Origin: Terriglobia bacterium
GTDB taxonomy: Bacteria > Acidobacteriota > Terriglobia > JAIQFV01
NCBI GenBank assembly: GCA_020072965.1
Contig: JAIQFY010000010.1
Coordinates: 108,243 to 172,242 of the forward strand
Length of the DNA stretch: 64,000 nucleotides
Reading direction: 5' to 3'
Shown here piece by piece: positions 1-10,444 of this stretch (position 1 is its first letter; each line of letters starts with the position of its first letter). The translations under genes were made by a program, and so were the position numbers. The notes below the pieces were generated by a model that saw only the letters and a list, made by a program, of their open reading frames with translations, was not told the DNA's origin and made no database searches.

Positions 1-1527
1 CCCTCCCTGCAGGTACCCTCCAATGGTGGTCCGGACAACCACGGGACATTTGAAACTGTTGTTGGAACGCCAACGGATCGTCGCCAGTTCGTTGCGAAGC
101 TGCATGTAAGCAGGCCAGATGTAATCAAAAAACTGGATCTCGACGACGGGCTTCAAGCCTCGCGTTGCCATCCCGATTGCACGCCCGACAATGTTGGCTT
201 CCGCAAGCGGTGAATTGAAAACTCGATGCCCCCCAAACTTACGTTGAAGCCCATAGGTTACCTTGAAGACACCGCCCTTGCCCTTCAACTGTTCCAGTTT
301 TTCCTCGTGGCTACAATCGGCTACGTCTTCTCCAAAAACCACGATTCGTTCATCCCGGGCCATTTCAGATTTCAGGCAGGCGTTGAGCAAATCAACCATT
401 GTCCTGGGCTCGCCTGACGGGTGCGGCTCCGTGCAGAAGGCCTCGGAGGTGGGGTCGACGTCCGGGGAATAGACGAAGGAATAGACCGATTCCCGCGAGG
501 GCATTTCCGCCCCAAGCGCTCGATCGACGTCCGCTTGAATCAGGGCGTCAACTTCGTCTTTGAGCGCCTCGATCTCGCCTGCCGTCAAAACCCCCTCGTC
601 GATCAATTTCATTGCCAACCGGGTGATGGGATCACGTTGCGCCTCCTCGGACCGCTCCTGGGGAGTCTTGTAGGCCTGCTCGTCGTCCGAAAGCGAATGA
701 GAGTAGGGCCGGACAACGCGGGCATGCACGAGTGATGGACCGCGACGCTCCCGAGTGTAAATGACGGCACGCCGCATGACGTCATAACAGGCCGCCGCTT
801 CACTCCCATCAACCTCCTCCACGTAGAGGTTTGGAAAGTCACGAACCAATCGCGAGATGGATCCCCCCGCGGTTTGTACGTCCACCGGGACCGAAATTGC
901 GTAACCGTTATCTTCGACCAGGTAGAGGACTGGAAGCTTCAGATTGCATGCCGTGTTCAACGATTCCCAGAACTCTCCCTCGCTGGTGGTCCCCTCACCC
1001 AATGAAACGTAAGTCACCTCATCAGAGTGGAAGTTTTCCACACGCGATTTCAAATCACCTATCCGGGGGATGCGACAACTCGCCTCGGCACAGCCGACCG
1101 CTTGCAAGCATTGAGTGCCCGTGGGAGAGGACTGGGTGACGATGTTCAGCCGCTTGCTTCCCCAGTGGGAAGGCATCTGCCGCCCTCCCGAATTGGGGTC
1201 GTCAGCAGCGCCTACGGCTCCCAAAAGCATTTCATAAGGGGTCATACCCAACGCCAGACACAGGGCACGATCACGATAATAGGGATAGAACCAGTCGTAG
1301 CCGGCGCGCAAATGCATGGCCGCCGCGACGAGGGGCGCTTCATGCCCGGCACCACTGATCTGAAAGTAGATCTTCTGCTGCCGCTTCAGCTGGATCTCCT
1401 TGTCATCAAGGCGCCGGGACAGAAGCATGGTCCTATAAAAGAGGAACCACTGCTCCTTCGTCAATCCATTCCACGAGCTGCCGTGTGATTTTACTTTCGA
1501 CCGGGTCTCAATTGAAGCTTTCGACAT
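1..1527 (-). CDS. Partial: 2-oxoacid (branched-chain/pyruvate-type) dehydrogenase E1 component, fused alpha/beta subunits, TPP-dependent; runs off window start
   Basis: Manual reverse-complement translation from ATG at 1527 (RBS GAGGAG upstream) gives a continuous ORF to position 1: [10 protein letters not shown]...[11 protein letters not shown]...[11 protein letters not shown]... (E1 alpha features), followed by ...[34 protein letters not shown]... (E1 beta features). It is not in the ORF track because there is no stop inside the window. Confidence 0.8.
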   Translation of the reverse strand, partial: MSKASIETRSKVKSHGSSWNGLTKEQWFLFYRTMLLSRRLDDKEIQLKRQQKIYFQISGAGHEAPLVAAAMHLRAGYDWFYPYYRDRALCLALGMTPYEMLLGAVGAADDPNSGGRQMPSHWGSKRLNIVTQSSPTGTQCLQAVGCAEASCRIPRIGDLKSRVENFHSDEVTYVSLGEGTTSEGEFWESLNTACNLKLPVLYLVEDNGYAISVPVDVQTAGGSISRLVRDFPNLYVEEVDGSEAAACYDVMRRAVIYTRERRGPSLVHARVVRPYSHSLSDDEQAYKTPQERSEEAQRDPITRLAMKLIDEGVLTAGEIEALKDEVDALIQADVDRALGAEMPSRESVYSFVYSPDVDPTSEAFCTEPHPSGEPRTMVDLLNACLKSEMARDERIVVFGEDVADCSHEEKLEQLKGKGGVFKVTYGLQRKFGGHRVFNSPLAEANIVGRAIGMATRGLKPVVEIQFFDYIWPAYMQLRNELATIRWRSNNSFKCPVVVRTTIGGYLQGG

Positions 1528-1576
1528 TCAACTCCTCACGCCAGGGTGGCCGACTGGTCGCCCCCTAAGGATTCCC

Positions 1577-3640
1577 CTAACTTGCCTTTTTGGTGCTTTG
1601 GTATTCGACAATCCTACCCGCGATGGCGCTGGCGGCGACCGTATAAGGGCTCGCCAGGTAGACCTGACCCGGGCCACTGCGACCCGGAAAATTCCGGTTC
1701 TGCGAGCTCACGCTGACCTCGTCTTTCCCCTTCGACGCACCGGGGCCTGCATTGATGCATGCCCCACAACTCGGCTCAATAATCTGCGCCCCGACTTGCT
1801 GAAAGAGCCGCGTGTAGCCTTTCTGCTCGGCGTAGTTACGGGTCTCCTGGGAGCCAAACTGGATGTAACACTGCACTTCCGGGGCCACGTGCCTGCCCTG
1901 GGCAAGCGCCTCCCTGAAAACGCTGGCATACATGTCCATATCTTCGTTCTTGCCTGCCGTACAGGAGCCGCCGTAGGCAATGTCAATTTTCACTTCCCCC
2001 TGGAGTTCATCAATGAAGACCCCGTTCCCGGGATCTCCCGGCAGTGCCACCATCGGGCGAAGTCGGCTGGCATCGATTTCGATGACGGTGGCATATTGAG
2101 CGCCAGGGTCACCGGACCACCCCGCACAGTACATCTCAGCCTTGGACCTCGGCATCCCCCGCCTCTCCACCAGGAAGTCCACCACTTTCTGGTCAGGCGC
2201 CACGATTCCCGTGAACCCGCCAATCTCCGCCGCCATGTTAGTCATGGTCGCTCGCTCGTCCACCGAGAGCGCTTCAATCGCCTCGCCCGAGTACTCGATC
2301 ACTTTGCCCAGGGCGTCTCCATTCTTCACGTAGGGCATACGGAGGATCTCGAGAATCATATCTTTGGCTGTAACGTTATCGGGTTTCCTTCCATGAATGA
2401 CAATCTTCACGGTCTCCGGGATGCGGACGCGAACATCCTTCGTAATCCAGGCATTGAAGACGTCCGTTGTGCCGATCCCAAAAGCGATGCAGCCGACTGC
2501 CCCGCTGTGCGGAGTGTGACTGTCGCTGCCCACCACCACCTGGCCGGGGAGCGCGTAGCTCTCCAGAACCTTGCTGTGGCAAATCGCCTCACTTCCTTTT
2601 CGATCGGTTAATTCCCCGTGGACACGAATCCCCTGAACTTCGGCAAACGCCTGTTGTTTTCGCTTCAACTCGAAGGCTAGATCGAGGAGTCCCATCTTGA
2701 CCCGTTCCACCGGCATCACCTCATCCAGGAACGTCAGATGATCCCGGAAGAAGAGAATCGATGAAGGGTCGTTCACTCGTTCATTCTTTCCAACTAACTG
2801 CTCAAAGAAGATCGCTGCCATGGGAGTGACATACTCATGGCTGAACCGCAAATCCGCTCTCACAAATCCCGAATCGCCGGGCTTCACTCCAGAGACACCG
2901 ATTTTATTCGCTGCCAGATCGGCGACCATGTGCTTTGCAAAGATCTTCTCGGCGAGTGTCATCGGTCTCGATTGCGTATCGAGGGCTGGCAGGGATACCT
3001 GACCCTGAATGCGCGCCACATTAAAGTTGAAAAGCCCTCCAAACTCGACAATCTGCCTGGTAATCTCATCCTCACCGCGCGTGAATTCCTCGAGCGGAAT
3101 TTCCTCGCCCTGCCGGATCTTCCCGATGACATCAAAATTGGTGGTCACATACAATCCGAGGTTCTGGCAATTCTGTTTGTAAATCCGCTCGATATTCTCC
3201 GCCACGATGACTTGAATACCGGCGCACATCTCAGCGTAAGGGGACTGTTCCCGACTGGAGCCCTTTCCGCGGCGCTTCCCCGCCACCGCAGCGACGAATC
3301 CGCCCCCCCTTACAGAACCCCGGGTGACTGGAAATTCCTCGCGGCTGTTGCCCCCCTCCGTCGCAGTGCATTTCAAACCCAGATAAGGAAAATCTCCCAG
3401 GGTTTCGTCGAAGTAATAGCAAATGTAGGCCGGAGTAATCTCATCCGTGGAAATGTTATCGCGCAACCTAAGGGAAGGGTTCCAATCCAGGTCCTCCCCC
3501 CCCAACTGCATTTTCAAGAGCTTGGAGTCTTCTGTGAGAAAGAGAATTCGGCCTTCCAGCCGGACGCGCGGAGGGCGCCTTGTCACTTTACGGGTGAGTA
3601 ATGAAGAAATCATCTCGATGACCCTTAAAAGGAAATCCAA
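1577..3640 (-). CDS. Aconitase/3-isopropylmalate dehydratase family protein, fused, swivel (LeuD-like) domain N-terminal to the catalytic (LeuC-like) domains
   Basis: 687 aa. N-terminal region NISTDEITP... is LeuD/aconitase swivel-like. Then GSDSHTPHSGAVGCIAFGIGTTD (Fe-S ligand region) and a C-terminal SQNRNFPGRSG aconitase signature. The true start may be an internal Met. Confidence 0.75.
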   Translation of the reverse strand: MDFLLRVIEMISSLLTRKVTRRPPRVRLEGRILFLTEDSKLLKMQLGGEDLDWNPSLRLRDNISTDEITPAYICYYFDETLGDFPYLGLKCTATEGGNSREEFPVTRGSVRGGGFVAAVAGKRRGKGSSREQSPYAEMCAGIQVIVAENIERIYKQNCQNLGLYVTTNFDVIGKIRQGEEIPLEEFTRGEDEITRQIVEFGGLFNFNVARIQGQVSLPALDTQSRPMTLAEKIFAKHMVADLAANKIGVSGVKPGDSGFVRADLRFSHEYVTPMAAIFFEQLVGKNERVNDPSSILFFRDHLTFLDEVMPVERVKMGLLDLAFELKRKQQAFAEVQGIRVHGELTDRKGSEAICHSKVLESYALPGQVVVGSDSHTPHSGAVGCIAFGIGTTDVFNAWITKDVRVRIPETVKIVIHGRKPDNVTAKDMILEILRMPYVKNGDALGKVIEYSGEAIEALSVDERATMTNMAAEIGGFTGIVAPDQKVVDFLVERRGMPRSKAEMYCAGWSGDPGAQYATVIEIDASRLRPMVALPGDPGNGVFIDELQGEVKIDIAYGGSCTAGKNEDMDMYASVFREALAQGRHVAPEVQCYIQFGSQETRNYAEQKGYTRLFQQVGAQIIEPSCGACINAGPGASKGKDEVSVSSQNRNFPGRSGPGQVYLASPYTVAASAIAGRIVEYQSTKKAS

Positions 3641-3770
3641 TCCTTTCTGAAAGCTCTATTATACCCAATTTGCTGAAAACAGCGGGAGGACTTGCCTGTG
3701 GTCCGTGGCCGTACCGAACAAATCGGGAGCGCTTACGAAGCCTCCTGATATTTGCGTTACGACAGAAAAA

Positions 3771-5039
3771 TCAACCGAAAGGATGATCAATGGACGGGCT
3801 CGGTGGTGTGAACATCCGGGCACCGTTTACGGTCAAGAACATACAGTCTTCCAGACGGATGCCAAATTCGCCATGTAGGTAGATGCCCGGTTCATTGCTG
3901 AACGTCATTCCCGCTTCAATCTTTCTCCGATTTCCGTTAACCAGGTAGAACCACTCATGACCATCCAGCCCGATGCCGTGTCCCACGCGGTGAGTGAATT
4001 CTTTATAGCCCGGACCGAACCCCGCCTCCTCGATCACCTTGCGGGCGGCAGCATCCACGGCTTGACATTCAACGCCGGGTTTGGCGGCTTCGAGGGCCAC
4101 TTGTTGGGCCTTTTGGACAATCCCCCACACTTTTCTTTGTTTGTCAGAAGGTTTTCCAAACACAACGGTCCGAGTGATGTCTGAGGAATAGCCCTCGACG
4201 CGACACCCGCCGTCGGCCAGGACGGCTTCACCCAGTTTCAACCTCTGGGGTACAGAGGAGCCGTGGGGGAACGCTGAGTTCTCGCCAAAAAGAACCAACG
4301 CTCCACCCGGAGCGCCCAGGGCACGATGAGCCGCCGCTATGGCGGAAGACAATTCACCGGGAGTCATGCCTTCATGCAGTGTTTTGAACGCCGTTTCAAA
4401 CGCTTTCAATGTGATCTGATTCGCCAGCGTCATCAAATCCAGTTCATGGCGGGACTTGACACTACGGCATCGGGCGGATACCTCGGCTGAACAAGGGACA
4501 AGTCGAAGCGCCGGAGCGGCCTTTGAAATCCCATCGCTCTGAAAAAAACGGACCTGTTCTTCAATACCAAGCGTTCCGCTAGAGGCATTCCGGTCTTTCA
4601 AAACCTGCGCAATCAAGGCATATGGGGATTCATCCTCTTCCCAGGAACGGATGTCCTTCCCGAATCGAATGAGTTCCTCGGCCCGGGCTCGTTCAAATGC
4701 AGGCGTCACCCATGCGATTTCCCCTTTAGCCGGGATGATCAATCCAAACGTGCGTTCGCTCTGACCCCACTCCATACCGGCAAAGTAGCGCATCGAAGAT
4801 CCCCCAGCAATGTACACAGCGTCGATACGCGCATCACGCATGCACTGCCGGGCCCGCTCCTGTCGCGCCAGATACTCCTCGGAATCAATCCCCTTGATGT
4901 CTGTCGTCATTGACTTGAGACTCTTGATTTCATCCTGGGCAGCCGGCGGCAGGGGGTAGGCTTCAGTTTGATCATTCATTGATGCCCAGGCAAAGGCAGC
5001 TGCACCCAATTTGAAGAATTCGCGACGATCCAGGCACAT
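3771..5039 (-). CDS. M24 family metallopeptidase (Xaa-Pro aminopeptidase/prolidase-like), Tat-exported
   Basis: Twin-arginine motif MCLDRREFFKLGAAAFAWA at the proposed start (ATG 5039, AAGGAG RBS 7 nt upstream). C-terminal M24 metal-ligand block HRVGHGIGLDGHE...SNEPGIY. Confidence 0.75.
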   Translation of the reverse strand: MCLDRREFFKLGAAAFAWASMNDQTEAYPLPPAAQDEIKSLKSMTTDIKGIDSEEYLARQERARQCMRDARIDAVYIAGGSSMRYFAGMEWGQSERTFGLIIPAKGEIAWVTPAFERARAEELIRFGKDIRSWEEDESPYALIAQVLKDRNASSGTLGIEEQVRFFQSDGISKAAPALRLVPCSAEVSARCRSVKSRHELDLMTLANQITLKAFETAFKTLHEGMTPGELSSAIAAAHRALGAPGGALVLFGENSAFPHGSSVPQRLKLGEAVLADGGCRVEGYSSDITRTVVFGKPSDKQRKVWGIVQKAQQVALEAAKPGVECQAVDAAARKVIEEAGFGPGYKEFTHRVGHGIGLDGHEWFYLVNGNRRKIEAGMTFSNEPGIYLHGEFGIRLEDCMFLTVNGARMFTPPSPSIDHPFG

Positions 5040-5221
5040 ATTTGAATGTCTCCTTGGAAGCCCTTCCAAACTCGGAGGAAATACGAACACAGCCCAGTGA
5101 TCAGGCCGCATCGATCAACTCATAACACCTTTGTGGTAGGTGCAACGGTCAGTTCCCTGCGAGGTCCACGACCCCGCGGTTTATACACCCGGGAAGGAAG
5201 GTGAATCGGGAACGACCCGGA

Positions 5222-6412
5222 CTATTCGCTCAACACCAATTTGGCGATGGTCTGAAGTTGCATGTTTGACGTGCCCTCGTAAATCTGTCCAATCTTGGCG
5301 TCGCGATAGAATTTTTCTACCGGATAGTCTTTCGTGTAACCATATCCGCCAAGGAGCTGAACGGCCATCGAGGTGACCCTTTCAGCCATCATCGAGGAAA
5401 GGTATTTGGTCATCGCAGCTTCTTTCACGAAGGGGACGCCTGCGTCGCGCATCCGGGCCGAGTTATAAGTCAGCGTGCGGGAACACTCGATGTCGATCGC
5501 CATCTCGGCCAACTGGAACTGGACCGCCTGGAACTGAGAGATCTCCCTTCCGAACGCGTGTCGTTCCTTCGTGTACGCCAATGCCGCTTCATACGCCCCC
5601 TGGGCCAGCCCGGTCATTTGCGCCCCGATCCCAATCCGCCCTTCGTTCAAAGTCTCTATGGCAATCTTGTACCCGATGCCCACCTTGCCCAGCACGTTTT
5701 CCTTGGGGACGATACAATCGTCGAGCAGCAACTCGCATGTCGATGAGGCCCGGATGCCCAGCTTGTCCTCTTTCTTCCCCACCGTAAACCCCTGGAAACC
5801 CTTCTCAATGATAAAAGCAGTGATCCCCTTATAGCCGGCAGGGGGATTTGCATTGGCAAAGAGGATGAAGACATCCGCTTCCTTAGCGTTTGTAATCCAG
5901 AGCTTCCGGCCATTGAGGATGAAATGGTCGGGACGCTCCTCGGCCCTCGTGGTGAGGGCAAACGCATCGCTGCCCGAAGTGGCTTCACTCAGGGCATAAG
6001 CGCCCACACTCCCCTTGGCCAAACGGGGGAAGTATTTCTTCCGTTGTGTTTCATTGGCCCAACGTAGAAAAACGTTGTTGACCAGGGTGTTCTGAACATC
6101 GACGATGACTCCGATCGAGGGATCCACTCGAGATAGTTCCTCCACCGCCAGGACCGCCATGAAAAAAGACCCGCCTGCGCCGCCATACTCTTCCGGAATC
6201 TCAATTCCCATGATTCCCAGCTCGAAAAACTCCTTCAGGAGGTCCTTTTGAAACGCCCCTTCCTCGTCCATTTTCTTGACTAAAGGCTTCAGGCGCGCTT
6301 CCGCAAATTCTCTTACCGTGGAGCGGAACAGGGACTCATCCTCCGAGAATGACGTCACTGGCGGGCGAGCTGAAACATTTTCCTTCATGGCATTGGTTGA
6401 CATTGGCTTCAT
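5222..6412 (-). CDS. Acyl-CoA dehydrogenase (short/branched-chain type)
   Basis: 396 aa. Full-length similarity to ACAD family (YALSEATSGSDA..., C-terminal GGYGYTKDYPVEKFYRDAKIGQIYEGTSN). Adjacent to E1 and the aconitase-like gene, suggesting branched-chain catabolism. Confidence 0.85.
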   Translation of the reverse strand: MKPMSTNAMKENVSARPPVTSFSEDESLFRSTVREFAEARLKPLVKKMDEEGAFQKDLLKEFFELGIMGIEIPEEYGGAGGSFFMAVLAVEELSRVDPSIGVIVDVQNTLVNNVFLRWANETQRKKYFPRLAKGSVGAYALSEATSGSDAFALTTRAEERPDHFILNGRKLWITNAKEADVFILFANANPPAGYKGITAFIIEKGFQGFTVGKKEDKLGIRASSTCELLLDDCIVPKENVLGKVGIGYKIAIETLNEGRIGIGAQMTGLAQGAYEAALAYTKERHAFGREISQFQAVQFQLAEMAIDIECSRTLTYNSARMRDAGVPFVKEAAMTKYLSSMMAERVTSMAVQLLGGYGYTKDYPVEKFYRDAKIGQIYEGTSNMQLQTIAKLVLSE

Positions 6413-6620
6413 CCTCTAGCTTGAAAATCCTTCCACAGGCTCTCGAACAGTCTCTAAACAGGTGCGCAAATAAAGCTGAGAAAATCTAAATGAAAGCAAT
6501 CCGAATGGCAAGGTATTTCCGTGAGTGCTGCGCGCGCTTCATCGCCCTCGCGGTTTGTTAGGGGCGCTCAGGTGCAAAGCCGGTTTTTCACAGGGAGCCA
6601 TCTTCTCCTTTGACGGGGGC

Positions 6621-7466
6621 CTAATTCATCAGCGCCATCCCATTCTCGGCGGAATACAACCAGGAGAGCACCTGCTCCCGGTCGGGGGCTTCCGGGTCCA
6701 GCGCAAGATATCTTCTGAAGCCCGCCGACGCCTTACGGTAATGTTTGAGTTGAAGGTGCATGAATGAGAGATTTCGAATCTCGGTTGCGTCCTCCGGAGA
6801 AATGACAAGCATCAATTCAATGACCGCCAGCGACTTTTCTGCGACGCCGGTACTGGAAAAGATGTGTTTCAGATTATTGAGCATCCGAAAAAGAATCTGT
6901 TTCTTGCTGACCGGCTGAAGGAAGGCACGTTGAAACTCCGAGGATCCGCTGGACATTTCGGCCCAACGGGACCGGCAATCCTCCACGGTCATGAGCGTTC
7001 CTGCATGGTACGGATCGATGAGCATCTCGTCGAAGGGATCGTCGAGTTTCACGAGGAAATGGCCCGGCAAACCCACGCCAACAATATCCAAACCGATGCG
7101 CCGTGCTATCTCCATGTAAACTAAGGATAAAGTAATAGGGATTCCCGTCTTCCGGTCCAATACGTCATTCAGATAACTGTTCCTCGGATCATAGTAATTG
7201 TCCGCGTTTCCCTTGAAGCCCTGCTCTTTGAAGATAAACCGATTAAACGCCTCGATACTTTTTACAGTACAGGGGCTCTCAAGCGGAAGGCAGGAGCTGG
7301 CTCCAATAGCCATCTCGTCGAGGCGATCCAGATAGTCCTGAACCCGCAACGCAGGATATTCGCTCCGGGCGATCGTCAGGGCCCCCAGCGCTAAATTGAT
7401 CTGCCCTTCATCTCTGGAGACTATGGATCGAAACGCATCGATCACGCTTTGTTGTAAATCAGGCAT
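6621..7466 (-). CDS. Transglutaminase-like/SirB1(YchA)-family protein with C-terminal TPR-like region
   Basis: 281 aa. Resemblance to the SirB1 N-terminal/transglutaminase-like superfamily (GLPGHFLVKL...DPY) plus a helical repeat C-terminus. Family assignment by recollection only. Confidence 0.5.
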   Translation of the reverse strand: MPDLQQSVIDAFRSIVSRDEGQINLALGALTIARSEYPALRVQDYLDRLDEMAIGASSCLPLESPCTVKSIEAFNRFIFKEQGFKGNADNYYDPRNSYLNDVLDRKTGIPITLSLVYMEIARRIGLDIVGVGLPGHFLVKLDDPFDEMLIDPYHAGTLMTVEDCRSRWAEMSSGSSEFQRAFLQPVSKKQILFRMLNNLKHIFSSTGVAEKSLAVIELMLVISPEDATEIRNLSFMHLQLKHYRKASAGFRRYLALDPEAPDREQVLSWLYSAENGMALMN

Positions 7467-7688
7467 TGGGCATTATTGTAACAATTTTTCGGATTTCTTT
7501 CAGTCAACCCCGGAAATGAAGCCAGAAGCCTCATCTAAATCGGTTTGATCACCCTTCCCCCGGGGACACGACGGCTGGAAAAAACTGAAGACAGGGGATA
7601 TAATTGCGAATGAATCGCACATTAAGGGCAATCACGTGGAGGGCGTTTATGACGACTCCATGCGCAAGTTCAGGAGGGCGTAATCGAA

Positions 7689-8351
7689 ATGTCTCTGTTA
7701 GGTGAGAAGGAACAGGTAATCGTAAGCGAGCAATTTCAAAGGCTCGAGAATCCTGTGAGGATGATCCACTTTACCCAGGGCTTGATGTGTGACACCTGTC
7801 CCGAGACCCAGCGCCTCCTCGAAGACCTGGCATCCCTGTCTGACAAGGTCACCCTTGAGGTCCATAACTTTGCGATTGAACAAGAACTGGCGGCGCAGTT
7901 TCAGGTGGCTCGAGTCCCTGCAACTGTTATACAGACAGAGAAGGATTTTGGAATTCGGCTTTACGGGTTGCCTTCGGGTTACGAATTTGCTTCTCTATTG
8001 CACGCCATCCTGGCCGTGTCCCGTTCCGCCACCGAGTTGTCGGAGGAATCAAAGACCCTACTCCGATCCGTTACCACTCCTACTCACATCCAGGTGTTTG
8101 TGACCCCCACCTGACCGTATTGCCCCGCGGCCGTGAAGCTCGCGTACGAACTGGCAATTGAGAACGACTACATCACCTCGGACATGGTGGAAGTTTCAGA
8201 ATATCCGGATCTGATCCGCAAGTATCAGGTTCGAGGAGTTCCGAAAACCGTGGTGAACGATACCGTTGAGTTTGTTGGCGCTCTTCCGGAAGCAGAGTTT
8301 GTCGCGCAGGTTCTAAGAGGGGTAATCCCGGCCGGTTTGGAAAACAGGTAG
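7689..8351 (+). CDS. Two-domain thioredoxin-fold protein disulfide oxidoreductase (PDO/glutaredoxin-like), predicted selenoprotein with in-frame TGA (Sec) at 8112..8114 giving a UPYC active site
   Basis: Track ORFs 7689..8114 and 8133..8351 are in the same frame and separated only by TGA. Reading through gives ...VFVTPT-U-PYCPAAVKLAYELA..., i.e. a CPYC-type redox motif with TGA at the first Cys. The first domain has a CDTC motif. A SECIS-like hairpin follows. Confidence 0.6.
8115..8160 (+). promoter_or_regulatory. Candidate bacterial SECIS hairpin downstream of UGA 8112
   Basis: ccguaUUGCCcCGCGgccgugaagcuCGCGuacgaacuGGCAA: nested stems with a GU-containing apical loop about 15-25 nt after UGA. 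Not validated by folding. Confidence 0.3.
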
Positions 8352-8533
8352 GTGGGAGGGGACGAAAACTCGAAGGAGGAAGGCGTCCTCTCACAGCGCC
8401 TGCCATCTTCCCCTCTTCTTAACACCGCGTCTTTGATGTTGCCATGACCGCATGTACTGACCGAAGGGTGCAGGCTCACACCCGCGAATGGCCGGAAAAT
8501 CCTCAGGAACAGAGAGCTGGGCCCGATCCCACC

Positions 8534-10444
8534 CTATTCCCCCGCAGGCTGTTCAGCCCCCGGAAATTGAGAGCCGAAGGCGGTCACCAAGGGCAGACCG
8601 GGAAGTGTCTCCAATGGCATAACCTCCTGTCTAACCTCGTCGTACCCATCTGGGAGATCGCCATTGTCTGGACGAAAATACCGCCAATAGTTGGGACGCA
8701 CGGAAGCGATGAGCTCTTTTCGCGTCTTGGTTTTGAGCGGTTTTCCGATGTAGATCTTGCCCATCCGCTCCAGGATCTTTTCCGGGATGGCGCCCGCAAA
8801 CATGAACAAAGGGTATTTGAAATTCGGCCCATTCAGCTTCCGTAATTTGACAAGCCACATGATCAGCGAACCAAGGCGCCAGACAGTCGGGGCCCACCAG
8901 CTGTAATTGCCCGGACGCACGTTCATCTTCCAGCACTTCATCATGAGTTGCCATTGCAGAGGGGAGAGCTGGCGCGTTTCGGTCACGCCCTGCTTATCTG
9001 CCATGCGCGTATCATGCAAAGGGGTAAAAATCGAAGGGATGAGGAAGGCGAAGACGTGACGGCGCTCCATCTCATAAACCAGATCGAGCGTCGCTTTGAC
9101 ATCCTCGTCCGTTTCGCCGGGGTTGCCCACAATCAGAGTCATGGCGGGAAACCAGTTGTTCTCGTTCAAGACCCGAAGCCCTTCCAGGATAATGCTCGGC
9201 CAGTCTTCGATGGGAAAAGGGACCGCTTTGCTCGGCATGATCTGTTTCGCCATGCGGACTGATCCTGTTTCCAAGCCAATCAAAGGAATCAGTGCTTTCT
9301 TCTGGGGATGACTGCTGAGGTACGGGAAATGGATGGGGCTCTTGGGCAAAAGGAGATTAGAGAGTTCTCTAATCAAGGTCGGATCGACGACGGCCGGGGC
9401 AATAGTGCAATGACTCAGCAGATGATGCTCGACCCCGGGCGTGTTGACGACCTCGCTAAAGAGGCCGACCAATGCTTCCCGATTCGGGAAGTAGAAAGGG
9501 ACATTGGTGTGAACCTGTCCCCAGATGAACATATCCTCGGTTGCAAGCGAGATTTGCTTGTTTCCGTTCCGGACATTCGCCCGGACTGATTTCAAGATGT
9601 TCTCCTTGGGTAGGTCGATTTGCGGATTCAAATCGGGAACACAAAACTGACATCTTCGCCCGCAGCCGGTGGTCATTTCGACGACACCGAAGGTCGTGCG
9701 CTTTTCAGGCGCAAGAATGGTCGAACCGTCCTTCGGATGTGCAACATCGACCTGCCGGGGGAGGGATTCTCCTCTGACGGCCTGATCGAATAACCTCACC
9801 GTATCTGCTGATTCGCTCCGCCCTTCGATGACGCAGTCAATGCCAAGCTCCTCGTATGAATCCGTCTTAACGACTTGCCAGCCGCCTGATCCACCCACAA
9901 TAACCTTGAATTGGTCCCGATAGGGACTTGCTTTGATCTTTGCAAAAAGGGCTCGCGCATAGTGGGAGTTGATGGGCATTTTCGAAGATCCGAACATCGA
10001 GGTATAGACCCCTGCTGCAAACGTCACTCCCAGGGGATTGTGAGTGGAGACCGCGACGACGCGGGTGTTTGGCCCGATGAATTTTTCCAAGTCGTCAGGG
10101 TAGCAAGCGACAACCTCATCCGGTCCGTAGCTCCGAAGCAAAGAAGCTTCAACCAGTCGCACACCGGCTGGCATGGTACGGGCGGAACCATCCTCGTTGT
10201 GCTCCACCTCGCGCCAATGGGGGTACTTGTCGTTAAGGAACCGCTCCATCCAAATGGGTAAAGATGCCATCATCATCTGAATAAAATAGCCGGCATGGTC
10301 AATGGTCTCAGACAGAGGCGCCGATAAGACAATCAGCCTCCCCCCATCGATCGGGGCCGATGATTGAAGGACTTGCGCCACATTGTGATGGGACGTTTCG
10401 AGCGGTATTCCATTTCCATTGCTCTTCCGAGTTTTTAGACCCAT
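8534..10444 (-). CDS. B12-binding domain radical SAM protein (with long C-terminal extension)
   Basis: Radical SAM CxxxCxxC motif TTGCGRRCQFCV. N-terminal Rossmann-like B12-binding region. Start proposed at ATG 10444 with a strong GGGAGGAG RBS; the track ORF extends to 10498. Confidence 0.75.
   Translation of the reverse strand: MGLKTRKSNGNGIPLETSHHNVAQVLQSSAPIDGGRLIVLSAPLSETIDHAGYFIQMMMASLPIWMERFLNDKYPHWREVEHNEDGSARTMPAGVRLVEASLLRSYGPDEVVACYPDDLEKFIGPNTRVVAVSTHNPLGVTFAAGVYTSMFGSSKMPINSHYARALFAKIKASPYRDQFKVIVGGSGGWQVVKTDSYEELGIDCVIEGRSESADTVRLFDQAVRGESLPRQVDVAHPKDGSTILAPEKRTTFGVVEMTTGCGRRCQFCVPDLNPQIDLPKENILKSVRANVRNGNKQISLATEDMFIWGQVHTNVPFYFPNREALVGLFSEVVNTPGVEHHLLSHCTIAPAVVDPTLIRELSNLLLPKSPIHFPYLSSHPQKKALIPLIGLETGSVRMAKQIMPSKAVPFPIEDWPSIILEGLRVLNENNWFPAMTLIVGNPGETDEDVKATLDLVYEMERRHVFAFLIPSIFTPLHDTRMADKQGVTETRQLSPLQWQLMMKCWKMNVRPGNYSWWAPTVWRLGSLIMWLVKLRKLNGPNFKYPLFMFAGAIPEKILERMGKIYIGKPLKTKTRKELIASVRPNYWRYFRPDNGDLPDGYDEVRQEVMPLETLPGLPLVTAFGSQFPGAEQPAGE

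Noticed and set aside
421-1488. Plus-strand ORFs 421..735, 831..1139, 1027..1488 (and 226..472)
   Set aside because: They lie antisense to a continuous, clearly homologous minus-strand E1 alpha/beta reading frame. Their translations are low-complexity and Arg/Gly-rich, typical of antisense frames in high-GC DNA.
1598-3601. Plus-strand ORFs 1598..2611 and 2837..3601
   Set aside because: Antisense to the aconitase-family gene. No domain similarity.
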